From a virus (lineage: Duplodnaviria > Caudoviricetes): 38,407 nt of DNA. Shown in pieces: positions 35,146 to 38,407 of the stretch (within the stretch, counting starts at the first letter, position 1; each line of letters begins with the position of its first letter). Below the pieces are notes generated by a model. That model was not told the origin of the DNA and searched no databases. It saw only the letters and a program-made list of their open reading frames with translations. The stretch is from IMG/VR virus record IMGVR_UViG_3300033129_000175, positions 1 through 38,407 of that record. The stretch is one strand, 5' to 3'. A program made the position numbers and the translations under genes.

Positions 35146-35357
35146 TTGCGTGTCTCCAGTTCGATCAACAACGCGATGTAGTGCTTGGCCTTTTCCAGAT
35201 CAGCGATGCCGTTCTTCTTGCGCCAGCGCGAAATATATTTCACGACATTTCCTTCAAAGTAACCCAGCCCGTTGGCGTGGATGTATTCGACCGGCTGGAT
35301 GGGCAAGTCCTTGTAATGGTCACCAGCGACCTGCTTGTCGAGGGCATTAGCTTCCAT
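35142..35357 (-). CDS. DUF3310 (SaV / T7 gp1.7-like) protein
   Basis: QVAGDHY, GNVVKYISRWRKKNG..DLEKAKHY. Confidence 0.85.
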   Translation of the reverse strand: MEANALDKQVAGDHYKDLPIQPVEYIHANGLGYFEGNVVKYISRWRKKNGIADLEKAKHYIALLIELETRK

Positions 35358-35625
35358 AGTGATTGATAAAGTCATCGATCTGCTCCTTGTTCCATAAACA
35401 CACATACTTCTGATTCATCCGCGCCATGTCGGACGCGAACACTTTTTGCAAGGGCGACAGCCTGCCGCCCTCAGTCTTCAGCTCCACAAACCATGTCTGG
35501 CCGTTGGGCAGGCAGACGATTCTGTCGGATACGCCTTTGTGCGCGGGGCTGGTGAACTTGTACGCCATGCCGCCGAGCGCTTTGATGCGCTTGACGAGGT
35601 AGGCTTCAATCTGACGCTCAAGCAC
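35347..35625 (-). CDS. VRR-NUC domain nuclease
   Basis: ERQIEAYL, GVSDRIV, FVELKTEGGRLSPLQ. Confidence 0.9.
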   Translation of the reverse strand: MLERQIEAYLVKRIKALGGMAYKFTSPAHKGVSDRIVCLPNGQTWFVELKTEGGRLSPLQKVFASDMARMNQKYVCLWNKEQIDDFINHYGS

Positions 35626-35797
35626 GATGTTTAAACTCGTCTGCGGTCACAAGGCCGTTAGGCTCCAGTTCGACCGTGATTGTTTTGTCATAGCTGAAAA
35701 TGCTTACGCAGCTTGGGTTATAGCCGCGTTGCAAGCAATACTCACGCAGAGCCTCTTGTAATTCGCCGAGCGTTAGCTCTATGGTCTGAACCTTCAT
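35618..35797 (-). CDS. 59-aa hypothetical protein (MKVQTIELTLGELQEALREY...)
   Basis: RBS aaggag; first gene of the leftward operon. Confidence 0.75.
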   Translation of the reverse strand: MKVQTIELTLGELQEALREYCLQRGYNPSCVSIFSYDKTITVELEPNGLVTADEFKHRA

Positions 35798-35818
35798 GTC
35801 GTTTTCTCCTTTTTCGCA

Positions 35819-35868
35819 ATCGTAGCACAAAAAATATGTTGTGCAAAAGTTTTTTACAGTGTTATACT
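35819..35868. promoter_or_regulatory. Overlapping divergent sigma70-like promoters with palindromic operators
   Basis: Plus strand: extended -10 TGtTATACT (35860-35868). Minus strand: TTGCAC-16 bp-TACGAT with TGn extension. Imperfect palindromes gcacaa..ttgtgc and tgcaaaa-gtt-ttttaca. Confidence 0.65.
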
Positions 35869-35898
35869 GAGCACCTCATCAACTAAACTGGAGTTCAC

Positions 35899-36057
35899 AT
35901 GAAGATAGAGTTCACCCGCGCCGAGATCGAGCGCATCATCTTGGATTACGCCAACGCATTGGTCCCCAACGCTGGCTTTAACGAAGTCAGCACCAGCTAC
36001 AGCTACATCCCAACAACTGTGACTGTTGAACGCAAGGAGCAAGAAAATGTCGAATAA
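35899..36057 (+). CDS. 52-aa hypothetical protein (MKIEFTRAEIERIILDY...)
   Basis: Own translation; RBS ggag. Confidence 0.75.
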   Translation: MKIEFTRAEIERIILDYANALVPNAGFNEVSTSYSYIPTTVTVERKEQENVE

Positions 36058-36262
36058 CAACACAGGCGGCCCAGCGTTTCCAACGGGCACTGGCGTGACT
36101 TCATACAACCCAGGTATGACTTTGCGCGACTACTTTGCGGCCAAGGGGATGCAGGGAGAAATATCGCGCACTGGTTATTACCAAAGTGAAGATTTCATGC
36201 TGATAGCCGCCAAACGCGCCTATGCGATGGCCGACGCCATGCTGAAAGCGAGGGGAGTGTAA
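36047..36262 (+). CDS. Conserved phage protein (GGPAFP / GMTLRDYFAAK / AYAMADAMLKAR)
   Basis: Recognisable widespread phage motif; RBS aaggag. Confidence 0.8.
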   Translation: MSNNNTGGPAFPTGTGVTSYNPGMTLRDYFAAKGMQGEISRTGYYQSEDFMLIAAKRAYAMADAMLKARGV

Positions 36263-37386
36263 TGCAACACAGTAACATCGTCGGTGGTAGCACCGCCAAG
36301 CGCGTCATCGCCTGCCCTGGTAGCGTGGCGCTCGTCAACAAGATGCCCAAACAGCCGTCCAGCGAACACGCCGACCGCGGCACCATGCTGCACGACGTGA
36401 TGAGCGAGATCCTCGGCAAAGACTTGGACCCGCGCTCGTTCATCGGCACTACCTATGAAGGCCAAGTGCTGACCGAAGAACTGTTTGACGAAAAGATCGT
36501 CGTGGCACTGGAGGCCCTCAATGAAATTGGCCCACATAATCGACTGGAGTACGAGGTTGAGACACGCGTTGGCTTTGGTGATCTCTTACCTGGTGTTTTT
36601 GGCAGCACTGACCTTGTCGGTCGTATTGGTGATCGGGCCATTGTTCTTGATTGGAAGTTTGGCGATGGCGTTGTCGTGGATGCTGAAGAAAACCCACAAC
36701 TGATGTTCTACGCTGCCGCGTCCATGCGCACAGAAGAAGCCAAGTGGGCGTTCGCTGGCGCATTGGAAGTTGAGCTGATCATCGTACAGCCACCTATGAT
36801 CAAGCGTTGGGTGACGACCAAGGAGCGTATCCATCAGTTCGAGCAAGAACTGGTGCAGGCCGTCAAGGCGGCGCAGTTGCCAAACGCTAAACTGCAACAC
36901 GGCGAGCATTGCCGCTGGTGCACAGGCAAACCTATTTGCCCCAAGATGACCGGCGCAGTGGACCGCGCCTTGCAAGTGCAACTCAAAGAAATAGATGTTG
37001 ACATGCTCGGCAAATACCTGAAGAATGCAGACCTTCTTGAAGGTTGGATCAAAGACCTGCGCGGTCTGGCGTTGCAACTTTTGGAAAAGTCCTTGCCTGT
37101 GCCTGGCTACAAGCTGGTGCAAAAGCAAGCACGACGTAAATGGGCCGATGAGGGCAAAGCCAAACAGGCGTTGCTCGACATGGGCTTGAAAGAATCTGTC
37201 GTCATCGAGACTTCGGTAATGTCTCCGGCACAAGCTGAGAAAGCGCTTAAAAAACGCTTCAGCGAACTGCCTGAGGGATTGGTGAAGTCCGAGTCGTCGG
37301 GTACAACACTGGCAAGCGAGGATGACCCTCGCCCAGCAGTGTTGCAAATCGGGCAGCAGATCTCTGCGGCCCTCTCTAAACTGTAA
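36262..37386 (+). CDS. DUF2800 / Cas4-like PD-(D/E)xK exonuclease
   Basis: CPGS, RGTMLH, FGSTD, VLDWKFG, NPQLMFYA, GEHCRWC...CP. Confidence 0.88.
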   Translation: MQHSNIVGGSTAKRVIACPGSVALVNKMPKQPSSEHADRGTMLHDVMSEILGKDLDPRSFIGTTYEGQVLTEELFDEKIVVALEALNEIGPHNRLEYEVETRVGFGDLLPGVFGSTDLVGRIGDRAIVLDWKFGDGVVVDAEENPQLMFYAAASMRTEEAKWAFAGALEVELIIVQPPMIKRWVTTKERIHQFEQELVQAVKAAQLPNAKLQHGEHCRWCTGKPICPKMTGAVDRALQVQLKEIDVDMLGKYLKNADLLEGWIKDLRGLALQLLEKSLPVPGYKLVQKQARRKWADEGKAKQALLDMGLKESVVIETSVMSPAQAEKALKKRFSELPEGLVKSESSGTTLASEDDPRPAVLQIGQQISAALSKL

Positions 37387-37398
37387 TAGGAAACTGAA

Positions 37399-38031
37399 AT
37401 GCAATTGACTACCTTCTCCTCGGCAAATCTGCCAGCTGTCTCCACCTTGTCTACCGCTCTGCGTGCTTTGGAAAAAGACGTCGGTCCTGCGGGCACTGTC
37501 ATCCTGAAAATGGACAAGACAGGCCACTGGGTCTTCGGCGCTGACCAGACCGAAGTCGAAGACGACGCCACTTGGGCGATCAACCCTTACTCTTTCGTGC
37601 ATGGCTTTATTGCCTGGGGCGACGGCGAAGTGTTGGGTGAAAAGATGGCATCCGTGACGCAACCCTTGCCTGAACTTGACGCAGCACCTGCTGGCGCCAA
37701 GCGCGGCTGGGAGATGCAAATCGGCATGGCTTTGAAGTGCCGCAACGGCGAAGACAAGGACATGGAAGCCCGCTTCACCACGACCTCGGTCGGCGGTAAG
37801 AAGGCCGTGCAAGCCCTTGGCATCGCCATCGCCACGCAAGTGGACAAAGACCCTAGCAAGCCTGTGCCAGTGGTGCGCCTGAAGAAGGACCACTACACCC
37901 ACAAGTCCTATGGCCGCATCTACACCCCCGTGTTCGAGATCCTTGAGTGGGTGGGCATGGACGGTGCAGAAGCTGAAGAAGTAGCGGCAGAAGAGCCAGC
38001 ACCTGCTGGTCGCCGCCGCCGCGCAGCCTAA
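37399..38031 (+). CDS. Putative single-stranded DNA-binding protein
   Basis: Position between the DUF2800 nuclease and polymerase; beta-rich with aromatic residues (HKSYGRIYTPVF) and an acidic tail. Confidence 0.6.
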   Translation: MQLTTFSSANLPAVSTLSTALRALEKDVGPAGTVILKMDKTGHWVFGADQTEVEDDATWAINPYSFVHGFIAWGDGEVLGEKMASVTQPLPELDAAPAGAKRGWEMQIGMALKCRNGEDKDMEARFTTTSVGGKKAVQALGIAIATQVDKDPSKPVPVVRLKKDHYTHKSYGRIYTPVFEILEWVGMDGAEAEEVAAEEPAPAGRRRRAA

Positions 38032-38039
38032 GTAAAAAT

Positions 38040-38130
38040 CGGGGGCTGTCAAGCCAGCGTTCGAGGATGGTGACTTGCGGATTTTCTGGCTTTCTCCCGC
38101 AACTTGTCGAAACCCAAATCGAAGCCCCCG
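38040..38130 (+). ncRNA. Candidate structured RNA with pseudoknot (unassigned)
   Basis: Nested stems 38040-47/38123-30, 38061-64/38119-22, 38072-74/38106-08, 38075-80/38097-102, and a 7-bp pseudoknot 38051-57/38086-92. Confidence 0.6.
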
Positions 38131-38150
38131 CCTATAAAGTAAAGTACAGT

Positions 38151-38407
38151 ATGAAACACATTGTTGGATTGAGCGGTGGCAAGGATTCCACCGCACTGGC
38201 GTTGCGATTGGCTGAAGTTGAGCCACGCGATTACGAGTACATCTGTAACGAAACGGGTAACGAATTGCCCGAAATGCTCGACCACTGGAAACGCTTGGAA
38301 GACATGCTGGGCAAACCCATCATCCGAGTGCGGTACGACAAAGACCTTGAAGGCACCATCCAGCAGATGAAGATGCTGCCTAGCGTGTTTGCTCGCTGGT
38401 GCACGCG
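38151..38407 (+). CDS. PAPS/APS-reductase family protein, N-terminal part (continues at position 1)
   Basis: Own translation MKHIVGLSGGKDSTALAL...NETGNELPEM...FARWCT; PP-loop SGGKDS; missed by the ORF track. Confidence 0.88.
   Translation, partial: MKHIVGLSGGKDSTALALRLAEVEPRDYEYICNETGNELPEMLDHWKRLEDMLGKPIIRVRYDKDLEGTIQQMKMLPSVFARWCT

Larger units (their letters stand above)
1..38407. mobile_element. Complete circularly permuted tailed phage genome (P22-like podovirus structural module, PolA/primase-helicase replication module)
   Basis: Full gene set is present (terminase, portal, scaffold, coat, adaptor, hub, fibers, ejection proteins, holin, endolysin, polymerase). The end joins the start in frame within one gene. 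No host housekeeping genes. Confidence 0.93.

Noticed and set aside
36262-37386. Cas4-like gene as evidence of a CRISPR-Cas system
   Set aside because: No cas1/cas2 or array; DUF2800-type nucleases are routine in this phage replication module.
38040-38130. tRNA or simple terminator interpretation of the structured element
   Set aside because: No cloverleaf, T-loop in the correct context or CCA end; no U-tract after the stem on the coding strand.
1-38407. Integrated prophage or alternative genetic code
   Set aside because: No integrase, att-flanked host genes or host DNA; genes are intact under the standard code and use TAA, TGA and TAG stops.

Overview
The window appears to be a complete, circularly permuted ~38.4 kb genome of a tailed dsDNA phage with P22-like podovirus morphogenesis genes. 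The last base joins the first in frame inside a PAPS-reductase-family gene (...RWCT|R|VLKIEP...). There are four transcription blocks. (1) Plus strand, 35899 through the junction to 4736: replication (Cas4-like/DUF2800 nuclease, putative SSB, PAPS-reductase-like protein, family A DNA polymerase, primase-SF3 helicase). (2) Minus strand, 6924 to 4761: small putative early genes, including a Cys-rich Fe-S-like protein and micro membrane peptides. (3) Plus strand, 7683 to 29999: packaging, head, tail, ejection and lysis, with GroES-like, ferritin-like and free-standing HNH genes inserted. (4) Minus strand, 35797 to 29853: VRR-NUC, DUF3310, SNF2-like helicase, a modular repeat-bounded cassette array, a Rap1a-like immunity protein, glutaredoxin and a MazG-like protein. 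A ~700 bp non-coding control region (6970-7680) holds DnaA-box-like iterons, tandem LexA-box-like sites and a G-tract/A-tract element. I found no integrase, HTH repressor, tRNA, CRISPR or reverse transcriptase. The strongest unexplained signals are a compact pseudoknotted RNA-like element just upstream of the PAPS-reductase/polymerase unit, the cassette array, the SOS-box-like array, two mutually similar small genes diverging from the central promoter pair, and an RBS-sequestering hairpin plus a recoded capsid 5' end around the HNH gene. All family assignments come from motif recognition by eye, not from database searches. A proteobacterial (possibly betaproteobacterial) host is only an inference.
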